Shown here in pieces: positions 38,049 to 48,037 of a stretch of DNA of 64,000 nucleotides. Both the position numbers and the translations under genes were made by a program. This stretch comes from a phage. Each line of letters begins with the position of its first letter. Positions within the stretch are counted from its first letter, which is position 1. The stretch lies in sequence record NC_101838.1, one strand, 5' to 3'. Under the pieces are notes generated by a model. The model did no database searches. It was not told where the DNA came from and saw nothing but the letters and a program-made list of their open reading frames with translations.

Positions 38049-39095
38049 GTGATGACTAAACCAGTTATCCCTCTTGATATTTGGGCCAATCAGGATGTTG
38101 TGCTTGAAAATACGGGAGAGTTGAATAAGTCTCAACCAAAAAAAGAAGAGAGATTGAAAGGTTGGGATATGACACAAAGAGTGGCATGTGAAGTTGTTAA
38201 CTTTGAACTTCACATGCTTTCTGCGTGGTTAAAGCATTTAACAGAAGATGTTGTCCCGGGATGGGATAATAGATTCTTAAGGGTCACTAATAATCTAGCA
38301 GACGTTCCAGACAAAGCTGCTGCACGTCAAGTTCTCAATGTATACTCGCCTGAAGAAATGGACGATCTATATATTGACAAGTCTGGAGACATAATGACTC
38401 AGACTCAAACTTTAGGTCTTCAAAGAATCGAGTTTGCATCTGCGTCAACAGACAATGCGGCAATATATACCACCATAACTCCAGACAAGACGACGATGGA
38501 TTTCTGGATTATGGACAACATCGGTGGTGCTGACGGCACAGACCTTGATGATCCTTCTCACCAAATAGACGGGTTCCGTTGGAGATTTCAACCTTCTGGT
38601 GGGCAGCCTGTGTTTTCGGCTATGAAGCTCAATGCTATAACTGCCAACCGTGCAAGACTGGCTATCCAAGGGAATCTTGAATGCAACGATGCAAAAAGTT
38701 CCTCTGCAAATGCCAATGCGGTCACGATACCAAGAGCCACTATTAATGGACAACAATCCTGCGGAAGCGCTCAAATAGGTGGAAGAGTTGATTGTAACGA
38801 TGAAACCGTCAGGGGCCAATACGCAACAGTTGGTGGAAGAAACGTGGTCCGCAGGGTAAATGGTAACGGCGCAGACAGTAGTGGTAACCTTACTATTCCT
38901 ATGCCTAGCAGAGGGGTTGATGATGTAAGGATAGCAAACCGTTTCAAAACCACCTACAGAGAGTCAAGAGTCTACCCTGGGCATGTGATGTGCTCTGGTA
39001 ACTACGCTTATAAACACCCTTATCAAGGTGACTACTGGACAGGTGCTATCCAAAAACTTGTAAATGGTCAATGGATCACTATATCTTATGCTTAA
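38049..39095 (+). CDS. tail fiber protein (paralog B)
   Basis: 348 aa; alignable to 35997 ORF at N-terminus (PLDIWANQD versus PLEIWAEED), fiber motif SGDIMTQTQTLGLQRIEF, and identical C-terminal QKLVNGQWIT. Confidence 0.6.
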   Translation: MMTKPVIPLDIWANQDVVLENTGELNKSQPKKEERLKGWDMTQRVACEVVNFELHMLSAWLKHLTEDVVPGWDNRFLRVTNNLADVPDKAAARQVLNVYSPEEMDDLYIDKSGDIMTQTQTLGLQRIEFASASTDNAAIYTTITPDKTTMDFWIMDNIGGADGTDLDDPSHQIDGFRWRFQPSGGQPVFSAMKLNAITANRARLAIQGNLECNDAKSSSANANAVTIPRATINGQQSCGSAQIGGRVDCNDETVRGQYATVGGRNVVRRVNGNGADSSGNLTIPMPSRGVDDVRIANRFKTTYRESRVYPGHVMCSGNYAYKHPYQGDYWTGAIQKLVNGQWITISYA

Positions 39096-39106
39096 AAAGA
39101 GGGTAA

Positions 39107-39373
39107 ATGAAACTAACTCAGTTTTTATGGGGACTGGTTGCGGCATCTGATGACCCTACGAAAGTGTCCCAAACTAAGCTATGGTCGAACATAGGCATGG
39201 CGGTGATGACTGGGGTGTTTATTCATATGGGGTATAATGATACGCTTCCTGAATGGTATGCGTGGATATACGCGCCTTCAGTAGCTTGCCCCCAGCTTAT
39301 TAGCAAATTCATCTCGCTCCGGTGGGGTTGCCAGCACCCTGACCACGTTAAAAACGAAGAGCAAAAAGCTTAA
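39107..39373 (+). CDS. small hydrophobic protein (possible holin or fiber-associated membrane protein)
   Basis: 88 aa with hydrophobic stretches FLWGLVAA and IGMAVMTGVFIHMGY. Confidence 0.3.
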   Translation: MKLTQFLWGLVAASDDPTKVSQTKLWSNIGMAVMTGVFIHMGYNDTLPEWYAWIYAPSVACPQLISKFISLRWGCQHPDHVKNEEQKA

Positions 39374-39382
39374 GGAGAAATC

Positions 39383-41128
39383 ATGGCGCAAGACATGACA
39401 AGCTTTGAGCAGGCGGTAGATCAAGTAATTGTTGATTCTGAACGTTTGCACTTGGTTGTCAACGGTAACGCTGTGGATGAAGTTGTCGTAGAGGATGGAA
39501 CCACCATCCCTACGGTACGAAAAGCCATGCTTGACAACCTTTATTTTAAAACGCCACCGATCCCTTGGGCGTATGGTGCATCCACAACAGTTTTTAACCA
39601 GCTGTACGAGTTTAAAGGGGACACAGGCCCTCAGTGGTGGTACGCTCCCGCAGCATCAAAATCTAACCCGGTTAGAATGCCAGCAGATCCTTCACAATCT
39701 CCAAACTGGAGATTATATACCGACTCTGCAGTAATGGCAAAATACTACGCAAAACTTAACAGCCCGAGGTTCGAAGGTGACCCACGAGTACCTACACCTC
39801 CAATGGACGATAAGTCAGAGTCCATAGCAAACACAGAGTTTGTTGTTGACTATGTTGATAGCATATTTAAAGCCATGGAGGGGATGAAAGTTACTGTAGG
39901 GTCTTTGGTGGTAAAAGGTCTTACAGAACTCGCTAACACTATAGTTGGTGGCACCCTTACCTTACATGGACCTGTTAATGGGGCAGATTCTACTGCACGC
40001 TTTAGGAATCTAATCCTCACGGCAAATACTTCTACACTTACTTTTGCGTGGAGCGATCCTAAGCATGCAGACTGGAGAAGTACAGAGCTGCAACCTCATG
40101 AAGTGTCCACCCACAGGGTTATAGCTGACACTATAACTTCTGGGAAACCAGTGGCTAATAATAACGATGTGCATTTTGATGGTCTGGGTAATAACTTTTT
40201 TGACTACGTGTACATTCGTGGTAATGCCATGAAGGCAGCAACCGAACCGACATTGCAGGTCGATGGGACCACCAGGGTTAAGAACCTTGAGGTAACAGGT
40301 ACCGTTACAGGGATAACATACTCTGTCGATGGCACCATGATCTACCCTAGCTATATTGAAAGCACGGGTGATGCATTGATAAATGGCGATTTGGAGGTTG
40401 GCGGGTCTGTAGTTATTCGAGGTACAGCCTCTATCCAAAATATAGCTCTGAATACTCTAAGAGTCAATGAGCGTGCAACTTTTGAAGGAGAAGGGCTTAC
40501 AGCCAATAAAGGTACAATTACCGAGCTAACCACCACCACTTTAACTGCAACAACTGCAAACTCTGAAAACTGCAACATTACCAGAAACTTGCAGGTAAAT
40601 GGAGATGTTAGTTTAAACGCCGCAGGGACTGGCACCACCTACCTTCACAACCTTGAAATATCTGGCACAGTGACCGGGTGGCTGCCAGACTTCTCTAATG
40701 TCAACTTTGTCTGTAATGGCATTAACTCCAGTGGTAAGATAACCACCTCTCAAGAAATTGAGGCGGGTAAAACCATTACTGCCCCTACTTTCCACACAGG
40801 AAAGGTAGATTTTGACTTAGAGGAGGTTGACGCGTCCAGTGGGACATGGACACCTAACGGGCAGGCCAGCATGTATGTTGTCCACGCGAAAGGGGATTTT
40901 ACAATAGGACAGTGGCCTGGGACATCAGCGGAAGATAAACCTTATCCATTCACTGCAGTTATCTATGTCATTCAGGATGCTGTAGGTCACAACGTGACTT
41001 TGCACGATAAGTATGCTATCCTGTCGGCAACACCTGTTATTAACAACAAGGCTAACAGTGTTACCTTGCTGCAATTAACGTATTGTGGTGTTGGTGATAT
41101 TGTAGACGTAGTAATTGCACAACGTTAA
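39383..41128 (+). CDS. tail fiber protein (beta-helix-like repeats)
   Basis: 581 aa; repeated Thr/Gly/Asn-rich segments (LEVTGTVTG, LEISGTVTG, VNGDVSLN); AGGAGA RBS; followed by terminator. Confidence 0.5.
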   Translation: MAQDMTSFEQAVDQVIVDSERLHLVVNGNAVDEVVVEDGTTIPTVRKAMLDNLYFKTPPIPWAYGASTTVFNQLYEFKGDTGPQWWYAPAASKSNPVRMPADPSQSPNWRLYTDSAVMAKYYAKLNSPRFEGDPRVPTPPMDDKSESIANTEFVVDYVDSIFKAMEGMKVTVGSLVVKGLTELANTIVGGTLTLHGPVNGADSTARFRNLILTANTSTLTFAWSDPKHADWRSTELQPHEVSTHRVIADTITSGKPVANNNDVHFDGLGNNFFDYVYIRGNAMKAATEPTLQVDGTTRVKNLEVTGTVTGITYSVDGTMIYPSYIESTGDALINGDLEVGGSVVIRGTASIQNIALNTLRVNERATFEGEGLTANKGTITELTTTTLTATTANSENCNITRNLQVNGDVSLNAAGTGTTYLHNLEISGTVTGWLPDFSNVNFVCNGINSSGKITTSQEIEAGKTITAPTFHTGKVDFDLEEVDASSGTWTPNGQASMYVVHAKGDFTIGQWPGTSAEDKPYPFTAVIYVIQDAVGHNVTLHDKYAILSATPVINNKANSVTLLQLTYCGVGDIVDVVIAQR

Positions 41129-41135
41129 TATATCT

Positions 41136-41162
41136 AACCGCTCCTGACGGGGCGGTTTTCTT
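41136..41162 (+). terminator. intrinsic terminator (probably leaky; no promoter before next gene)
   Basis: AACCGCTCC / GGGGCGGTT stem, TGAC loop, TTTTCTT tail. Confidence 0.55.
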
Positions 41163-41176
41163 ACCTGGAGAACACA

Positions 41177-41422
41177 ATGCTTCCAATCCCTTTGCTAAAA
41201 CTTGGTCGTCATTTCCTCGATAAGAGGGGTGGAATTAAGGAACTTGCTGTTCTGTCATACCCAATAGACAACAGTGATGGTACAAGCAACACAGTATCCT
41301 ATGTAAATAGCTTAGCTATACTTTTTGATGATGGTCAGCTTAATATTACTGGCTATAATAGGTTCGGAGAGTGTCGGACTGGAGATCTTGATACAATAAA
41401 CTATCCTAATGAGGCAGCTTAG
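41177..41422 (+). CDS. 81-codon ORF in frame with downstream giant fiber ORF (probable N-terminal segment)
   Basis: ATG 41177 with GGAG RBS; ends at TAG 41420-41422; same frame as 41567-46804 with no other stop in between. Confidence 0.45.
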   Translation: MLPIPLLKLGRHFLDKRGGIKELAVLSYPIDNSDGTSNTVSYVNSLAILFDDGQLNITGYNRFGECRTGDLDTINYPNEAA

Positions 41423-41566
41423 AACGTAGACCATGTTTGGAGAGCTGACCGTGCATTTGTAATCCGCACATTCGATAATAAATTTTTCTATATTGGTTGC
41501 ACAGCTGGTCTTATCGGATCGGAGGCAGCAGGTGGAAACGATGTTTGTGTCAGAGAGTGGACACCT

Positions 41567-44500
41567 TTGCCGGAACAGATCGTAACAGGGTTGCATTTGG
41601 ACACCCATCCTGAGAGACTTGTTGAAGTAATGGGTGGCGTAAACAATACAGTGTGGGTAATTGCTGCACCAGAGGCTGATGGTATGCTTCACCTGTACGG
41701 CTCTGGCAATAATACTTACGGCTCTCTTCATGTTGACAAAAGTCAACACGCTACTCCAGTTAAGATCGGTGAAACATCTGAAAGTCCAGAGACAGGTCCT
41801 TGGAAAAATCCAAGAATTAATTGTGAAGTTCATGACAACTCGGTTATTTTTGGTGGTCCTAACGGATTCTGGATTGCAGGTTACGATTTCTTAAGAAATA
41901 ACAGCAAAAACACACTAGTTTATCCAGCCGAGCATGTGACTCTTGACCAGTTTAAAGGCATCCCGGTGGGCGAGACATGGAAAGGGTTCATGTGTGGACC
42001 TAATGGTGCAATTATAGCCACAGAAAGGATGCACAAACCTGATGACCAACAGCTTGTTAACGTATTCTACGGGCAAGACGTCTGGGGAGATGACACATGG
42101 CGTTCCTTAAATATCACCTACACCCATGAGGTGATAATGGCTCGTGGATACGGCACAAGTGGCATTTTCTTCAATAATGGCACCAAACAGTATCGTGGCT
42201 TCTCTCGCAATCTGTGCAATGATATTGGTGCACAATCTGCAAACAACAGTCCTAGGGCTAATTTTATTCACTATCAGGCTCTGGCTACGGCTAAATACGT
42301 CGAGCAACGGATGCCAGTAAGCTGGACAGAAAGTGTTTATTTCCAGGGTATCCACAGAGAAGGTTTCTTAGGGACCTTTACTGTTGTTAATGGCAAACTT
42401 TGGTGGTCAGGCATCCCAAGGGGAAGTTTTGCAGGCTCTAATAACCTGTTTGGCGGCAGACTTAATAGTCAGGGGTTCACAGAGGTTCCTGAGAATTGGT
42501 ATAAAAATGTCCCAGTAGACAGTTGGGGCGTTGATGATATTTTCGACGTTAATGGTGTTAGTAGTGTTAGCAATATCTACATTGGTGACACGGTCAAGAT
42601 GAAATTGAAGCCTCAGCCAGAGGGGGCTACGTTCATTATTGACAAGATTGAGTTGGTAAATGCTGCAGGTACGGTTGTTACAGATGCAAATTACCAATTC
42701 TCCACCAACTGGAACCACGGTGGGGCCAACGAAGTTGTTGTTACCCAGTATAACAGAAATGTTAACAGACGTGGCCTGTACTCTGTAAAAATAACCTATC
42801 ATGACAAGCATGGCACAGGCAGAACCCATACGACAAGAACTTTGAACTGGAACACCATAGTTCCTGCGTATCCGTCCAACGGCAAGTGGCATACTGTCGG
42901 TAGAAACAAACAGTTCCATGTCAACGATACTGTATACTTCGGGCTTAACGCAGCTCAACCTGTTGTAGAAGGCGATACATCGTATATGGTACGACTCCAT
43001 AGAATGGATGCCGGGTCTGTAACCTACGATGTGACTCAAGAGATCTACGATCAGAGACGTACCACGTATGACAATGTTGTGAAAACACAAGCCTTGTGGG
43101 AGTTCAACCCTAACGGCAGAGGCGGTAAAATGTTGCAGGTCAACGAGCAAAACGGAACATCGTTGACTGTCCATGAACATCCAGATCCTTGGCCTGATCC
43201 TGGAAAACCTAACTCTGGGGCTCGTACACTGAAAATTGTCAGCCATGATGCAGGATATTTCGGAATACGCTGGGAAGCTACAGTAAGATATGTCGACGGG
43301 ACAACAAACAACATAGGGATTACACTTGGCGGCACTAGTGAAGATAACTCGCTGAAAATTGCCTACACGCCCAGAGGTATCTCTATTGATAATATGGATG
43401 TTGTTCGCAATGGTTACGGCGATGTGAATGTCAAAGTTACTCTTGGCGAACATCTTGGTGGGGAAAGGATCATCATGTATGCCTTTGATCATGATCCACG
43501 CACCAATGGAACTTATGCAAATCAGGCATGGAGTTACCTGATAAATGCACCTGAGCCGAATACTAAAGAGTTCTACTATGGTATGAAGCGAGATGTGTGC
43601 AAGAAAACAGGAACACATGACTGGATTGCTATCTGCGTTAAAGATGAGCGCACAGCTTGGGATGAACCTGTTAACAGATGGTTCATAGGTATTCCTACCA
43701 GAAGTGATAAGTATGTCGCAGAATATATTGTATGCATGGGTGGTACCAACCTGAACATGTGTTGGAACGAGGATGCAAACAAATACTCTGATTATGACTA
43801 TATGAGGGATTACTCTTGTAATCAGTGGTTTAACCAATCAACAGGATACCCTCCACGTCAGGCGAGAGTAAACCCTGCAATCTTCACAGATACGCAGGTT
43901 TTCTTGACAAAACAGGCCAACGAGGTTCAGACCTTCAAGAATAAATACGATCCTAACAAGTGGTTCTACAACTGTTACGGCGCATTTTTCTGGGGACCTG
44001 GTGAGTTACCTGGTGGAGGATCTTGCTTGAATGAGGCAACTTACGCCAGTGACTACATCATGGGGCAGGTCAAGAAGTATAAGATAATCCCCGGTCCTGA
44101 GACTCTGGGCAATGCCGTTGACCCTTATATCATCATGACTGCACTGAGATCAAACATGGACGGGACATCCATGTCTATGCAAATTCCGGTAACAAACGGG
44201 TACAAACGTGTTGTGATGATCATTAAGTGCGACTTAATAGGTAAACAAGTTCTTGCAGAAAACGGGACATCCACACATCCTTTTGAGATTGCTCTGCACT
44301 ATCAGTTTGCTGACTCGCCTTTTGCAGGTGATAAGAGAATATCTGATACAGATACACAGCGTTGTAAGAAAGTATTGTTGGGTGCAGGTTGGTGGTGGTA
44401 TGAGTTTGATTTAACAGACAAATTCACCGACACATCTAAAGTTGTAACAGGACTTCGTCTAGACCTTGGCGAGAACATGCACAAAGCTGTTTGTGATGGC

Positions 44501-46804
44501 ACCTATGGTGACCCTACAATATACCTAAAATATATTTCTTTTGAGCATCCGGAAGATGTTGTCTATGGTCCAAAACTGAGATTGTTTGGCAGTTGGATTG
44601 CAAAAGATAGGGTAGGCATGGGTAAGAAGGTAAGAGGGTTCTTGGTTGATGCAGGAACAGAAGACATGCTGGTTAATGCAGTATGGCCTGAATTACCTGG
44701 GACTCAGTGGGACAACTCAGCCAAATCTATAAACTGGTTTAACATTCATAGGGCCATGTGGACCACTAACTGCTACTTGTGGAGAGAGCTTAACGATCAG
44801 GCCTTTGGATTCAGCGATGGTAGAAGGATGGCGATCATTTGCTGGACAACACTGCAAAGATGTTATGACCATGACTATGAGATTGGGGGCAGGGCATGGA
44901 AAAATATCAGAGATAGAATCATAACCAATTTTGCAGACGACAACGGTGGTGGAGCACATAACTTTGGCACAAGCCGACTCATCCATTTGAACGGATCCTC
45001 AGCCTACAAGAAAGAAGGTTACTCTGGGTCTATGATCGAGTGGGGTCTGGTGAAAGATGCTCGTGTATTGATGGGCCAGCAACTTGCTGCTGCAATAGGT
45101 CCTAGTGCAGTGCAGTCTGCTAAACCAGCGTGGTTCGATATCCCATTATGGTCCTCTGGAACACCAGGGGCTGCTGCAATCAACCCTACCACTGGGGATC
45201 TGGAAATCTCCTGGGAAGACCTGAAGCAGGTCGGTGGCTGGGATAAGACCGGGTACCAGGTGCAGTGGTGGAGGGCTGACGGATCTTTAGCCGCTGATGA
45301 GTTTGTTAAGGACAATTTCTACACTATGTCCTCTGCAAAAGCACAGGAATTGTTCGGTCAGGCAACTCCGTCAACGATCACCATGTCTATGTGCTGTAAA
45401 GACAACAGGACTGGAGCTTTGGGGCCAAGGGTTGCTAAAGTTTTCTCAGGTATTAAATGGAATCTACCTGTCCAAAGTATTTCATGGAAGCAAATAGGTG
45501 ATAACAAGCTGCTGGTTACCCCTGCCTGTCAGTTCAACGCAACTCTTAACGTTGATCCTGCTGTTGCGGCAAACTCAGCTAAAGCTTCTGACTTCTCTGT
45601 GTCTAACACTGCTATGGCAGATGTGAGGAAGATTGACACGCTGAACGCCAGAATTACCTGTAAAAACACTTATGGCACATTCCAAATCATCAACAACTTC
45701 ACAGATGCTGATTCTAAGGTAGTGAGGACAGCAAGCCAGACTCTGAGTTTAGGAACTCTGGCCTATGCGGCCCTGATCACCGAGCAGTCGGCAACACTCC
45801 AAGGAGGTGGTGTAGGCAAGTCCATTGCAACACCTGTGTGGAAGCCAAATGAGTGGGTTGTGTTTGATTTGACTGTGGACTTCTCCAGCGATAATAACTG
45901 GACATGGGTAAGGAATTGTTTGTCACAATTGATGGGCGGTCCAAGCTCCGTTAGTGATAGTCACGACTCTACTGACCCGAGTGTGTTCCAGGTAGGTAAA
46001 ACTCACCCAGAGACTGGAGAAACGTTGCCTGACAGGAAGTATGCGTTGGTTTGCATCTCTTACGGGAAGGCAGATGTCACATTCTCAGGGACACACACTT
46101 ATAACGGAACTTACAACTTCTCAAGGAAGTATAGTCTCAAAGCAGGGAACATTATAGACGAGGTCGGTGTGCTGTATAATCCGGGCAACGGCATAGGGAT
46201 TGTGGGCGGTAAACTGCAGATGCAGGAACCTTCTATCACCCCTTCCAACGTATCCGGGATTAGAAAGACTTGGGAAAGTAGTAATACCAACATTGCAACA
46301 GTGGATGCCACCACAGGGCTGGTAACATTTAAAGCTACTGGGAATGTCACCATAAAGTTTGTAGTTAGAGATGATGCAGGCCGCAAAACGTCTTCAACAT
46401 CGTTTACTGTCAGACAGATGGCACCTCAGTGGTTTATTTGGGAAGGAAATCCTCTTGACGGGGCTTACCCTAGACCTGCAGGAACGTCCAATATGAGGGT
46501 CTTTACCGGTCCGGTCATGAACAATCCGACCACAACCACCAACCCTACATTTTTTGGTGCTTACATACCTGAAATTATTGGCCTACCAAGGAACCAGATA
46601 CAACTGCTTTTCGGAGCAGGTGTTGATGGTCTAGCCACTTTTGGGTACAGTGACAACATTGATGCAGCCAGAAGCTCGGGTTGGATTGGATTTAAGTTTC
46701 AGTGGAACCCTGGTGGTAGAACATTAGGTGTTGCAAGCATAGGTGTTATGCTACCTGGTAACCAGCAATACCATCTCGAAGCTTATACAAACTTCCCTAG
46801 TTAA
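41567..46804 (+). CDS. giant tail fiber/host-range protein (1745 aa as annotated from a TTG start)
   Basis: Long ORF with Gly/Asn/Trp-rich repeats; no in-frame ATG or GTG between upstream TAG and annotated TTG start; followed by bidirectional terminator. Confidence 0.55.
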   Translation: MPEQIVTGLHLDTHPERLVEVMGGVNNTVWVIAAPEADGMLHLYGSGNNTYGSLHVDKSQHATPVKIGETSESPETGPWKNPRINCEVHDNSVIFGGPNGFWIAGYDFLRNNSKNTLVYPAEHVTLDQFKGIPVGETWKGFMCGPNGAIIATERMHKPDDQQLVNVFYGQDVWGDDTWRSLNITYTHEVIMARGYGTSGIFFNNGTKQYRGFSRNLCNDIGAQSANNSPRANFIHYQALATAKYVEQRMPVSWTESVYFQGIHREGFLGTFTVVNGKLWWSGIPRGSFAGSNNLFGGRLNSQGFTEVPENWYKNVPVDSWGVDDIFDVNGVSSVSNIYIGDTVKMKLKPQPEGATFIIDKIELVNAAGTVVTDANYQFSTNWNHGGANEVVVTQYNRNVNRRGLYSVKITYHDKHGTGRTHTTRTLNWNTIVPAYPSNGKWHTVGRNKQFHVNDTVYFGLNAAQPVVEGDTSYMVRLHRMDAGSVTYDVTQEIYDQRRTTYDNVVKTQALWEFNPNGRGGKMLQVNEQNGTSLTVHEHPDPWPDPGKPNSGARTLKIVSHDAGYFGIRWEATVRYVDGTTNNIGITLGGTSEDNSLKIAYTPRGISIDNMDVVRNGYGDVNVKVTLGEHLGGERIIMYAFDHDPRTNGTYANQAWSYLINAPEPNTKEFYYGMKRDVCKKTGTHDWIAICVKDERTAWDEPVNRWFIGIPTRSDKYVAEYIVCMGGTNLNMCWNEDANKYSDYDYMRDYSCNQWFNQSTGYPPRQARVNPAIFTDTQVFLTKQANEVQTFKNKYDPNKWFYNCYGAFFWGPGELPGGGSCLNEATYASDYIMGQVKKYKIIPGPETLGNAVDPYIIMTALRSNMDGTSMSMQIPVTNGYKRVVMIIKCDLIGKQVLAENGTSTHPFEIALHYQFADSPFAGDKRISDTDTQRCKKVLLGAGWWWYEFDLTDKFTDTSKVVTGLRLDLGENMHKAVCDGTYGDPTIYLKYISFEHPEDVVYGPKLRLFGSWIAKDRVGMGKKVRGFLVDAGTEDMLVNAVWPELPGTQWDNSAKSINWFNIHRAMWTTNCYLWRELNDQAFGFSDGRRMAIICWTTLQRCYDHDYEIGGRAWKNIRDRIITNFADDNGGGAHNFGTSRLIHLNGSSAYKKEGYSGSMIEWGLVKDARVLMGQQLAAAIGPSAVQSAKPAWFDIPLWSSGTPGAAAINPTTGDLEISWEDLKQVGGWDKTGYQVQWWRADGSLAADEFVKDNFYTMSSAKAQELFGQATPSTITMSMCCKDNRTGALGPRVAKVFSGIKWNLPVQSISWKQIGDNKLLVTPACQFNATLNVDPAVAANSAKASDFSVSNTAMADVRKIDTLNARITCKNTYGTFQIINNFTDADSKVVRTASQTLSLGTLAYAALITEQSATLQGGGVGKSIATPVWKPNEWVVFDLTVDFSSDNNWTWVRNCLSQLMGGPSSVSDSHDSTDPSVFQVGKTHPETGETLPDRKYALVCISYGKADVTFSGTHTYNGTYNFSRKYSLKAGNIIDEVGVLYNPGNGIGIVGGKLQMQEPSITPSNVSGIRKTWESSNTNIATVDATTGLVTFKATGNVTIKFVVRDDAGRKTSSTSFTVRQMAPQWFIWEGNPLDGAYPRPAGTSNMRVFTGPVMNNPTTTTNPTFFGAYIPEIIGLPRNQIQLLFGAGVDGLATFGYSDNIDAARSSGWIGFKFQWNPGGRTLGVASIGVMLPGNQQYHLEAYTNFPS

Positions 46805-46816
46805 CAGGAGGCAAAT

Positions 46817-46846
46817 AAAAAGGGGCCAGACGGCCCCTTTCTTTTT
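46817..46846. terminator. bidirectional intrinsic terminator between convergent late and early blocks
   Basis: AAAGGGGCC / GGCCCCTTT stem with AGAC loop, A-tract upstream and T-tract downstream. Confidence 0.75.
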
Positions 46847-46850
46847 ATAA

Positions 46851-47051
46851 TTAGTAATATTCCCAACACGACCCATCTTCAGACGGCTGGACACGTTTAC
46901 CTTCATGATCGACATAGGTGTAACCACAGCCTTCACAGATAACAGGGGCCGCATAACCTTCCTTCCACTGGTCCTCTGTGATCAGTCCTTTCAGATCTCC
47001 GCAGTCACGACCAAACAACTCTTCAGAACAATCTTTGCAAAAATCAGCCAT
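46851..47051 (-). CDS. small Cys-rich zinc-ribbon-like protein
   Basis: 66 aa with CxxC...C...CxxC...C pattern (CKDC, CEGC); GAGGA RBS. Confidence 0.4.
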   Translation of the reverse strand: MADFCKDCSEELFGRDCGDLKGLITEDQWKEGYAAPVICEGCGYTYVDHEGKRVQPSEDGSCWEYY

Positions 47052-47054
47052 TTC

Positions 47055-47462
47055 TCAGTCCTCGCATTTAACAAATTTTTCTACAGATCCACCAAGCACA
47101 GCTTGTTGTTTAATGGCACTTTCTTCATCATAGTGGATAGATTTATGTTCCGTACCTCCAAACTTACCTGTGTGGAAGGTGTGCACCCAAATCTCTTTAG
47201 GAAGGGATTTATTCTCTTCCTCCACCAACTCCCACATACCCCACAAGTGATCTGCGATATCTCTGATGAAATATCCCTCACCGAGGTTTGTATTCACACT
47301 ATAAGCTGATTCGTGATCTCCGCAAATATAACGGAAGGCAGTGTACTCTTTACCTGGTGTGAAGTGAGTGTCCATTAGTATAGCTGTTAAAGAATAAGGG
47401 TCTCGAAAGCCTAAGAACTTTAGTTTAACAATTTCGACATTTACATCCGCAAGATTATCCAT
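47055..47462 (-). CDS. hypothetical protein (His-rich motifs)
   Basis: Track start 47501 would lie upstream of the predicted promoter start; in-frame ATG at 47462 has GAGGAG RBS 6 nt upstream; motifs CGDHES and HTFHTGKFGGTEH. Confidence 0.4.
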   Translation of the reverse strand: MDNLADVNVEIVKLKFLGFRDPYSLTAILMDTHFTPGKEYTAFRYICGDHESAYSVNTNLGEGYFIRDIADHLWGMWELVEEENKSLPKEIWVHTFHTGKFGGTEHKSIHYDEESAIKQQAVLGGSVEKFVKCED

Positions 47463-47492
47463 GACGATCTCCTCTGTTCGGTTGGTGAGATA

Positions 47493-47521
47493 ATCATACA
47501 TAGATCTGGTGTTGGTGTCAA
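47493..47521 (-). promoter_or_regulatory. sigma70-like promoter on minus strand (TTGACA-17-TATGAT)
   Basis: Minus-strand -35 at 47521-47516 and -10 at 47498-47493; upstream of ATG 47462. Confidence 0.5.
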
Positions 47522-47599
47522 GTTTAATTTTAAGCGATTCTGGGGAGGTATTTTGTTCAGGAGGGTAATCACACAGGGTAGGGCAATTTATGAAGGCAC

Positions 47600-47617
47600 A
47601 GGCCTCGTTTGAGGCCT
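47600..47617. other. GC-rich hairpin without U-tract in early intergenic region
   Basis: AGGCCTC-GTTT-GAGGCCT; not followed by a T-run on either strand. Confidence 0.3.
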
Positions 47618-47626
47618 TAAAATAGG

Positions 47627-48007
47627 TTATGACGCTTTGACGTAGCGCTCTGACAAAGCTGGGAAGCCAAAAGCAGTACCTATACTACCGTATGCTACCC
47701 ACCATTGAAGTTCATCGTGACACCATTTTCCGATCAGGAAGGTGCTGGGGTAGCGGGTCAGTATTTTGGCATAAGCTTTAGGGTCTGCATCCTCTGGGAT
47801 AATGATACTTGGAACATCTTTGTTATGACCACAGCAGCAGTTTAGAGTTTTCAATCCTGCCGCCCATAGACTCATGATAGGCTTAGCCATGCACTTATCA
47901 AGGCACACACGTTTTTTGCCGTCACGGAGCTTTTTAGGCACATCAACGATAACATTTTGATGCTTGGCACCTTTCACTTTCCAATTATAGGATTTACACT
48001 TGCACAT
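47627..48007 (-). CDS. Cys-rich hypothetical protein
   Basis: 126 aa; CKCK...CLDKC...NCCCGH cysteine clusters; GGAG RBS. Confidence 0.35.
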   Translation of the reverse strand: MCKCKSYNWKVKGAKHQNVIVDVPKKLRDGKKRVCLDKCMAKPIMSLWAAGLKTLNCCCGHNKDVPSIIIPEDADPKAYAKILTRYPSTFLIGKWCHDELQWWVAYGSIGTAFGFPALSERYVKAS

Positions 48008-48037
48008 TTAATCAGTCTCCATCTAGAAAGCAATACT

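Noticed and set aside
42407-43837. 476-codon antisense ORF inside the giant fiber gene, plus other long antisense ORFs (e.g. 26691-27377, 14905-15540, 9719-10162)
   Set aside because: No RBS or promoter context; translations are low-complexity, Cys/Ile/Arg-rich junk typical of shadow ORFs opposite genes with biased codon usage; they overlap well-supported sense-strand genes.
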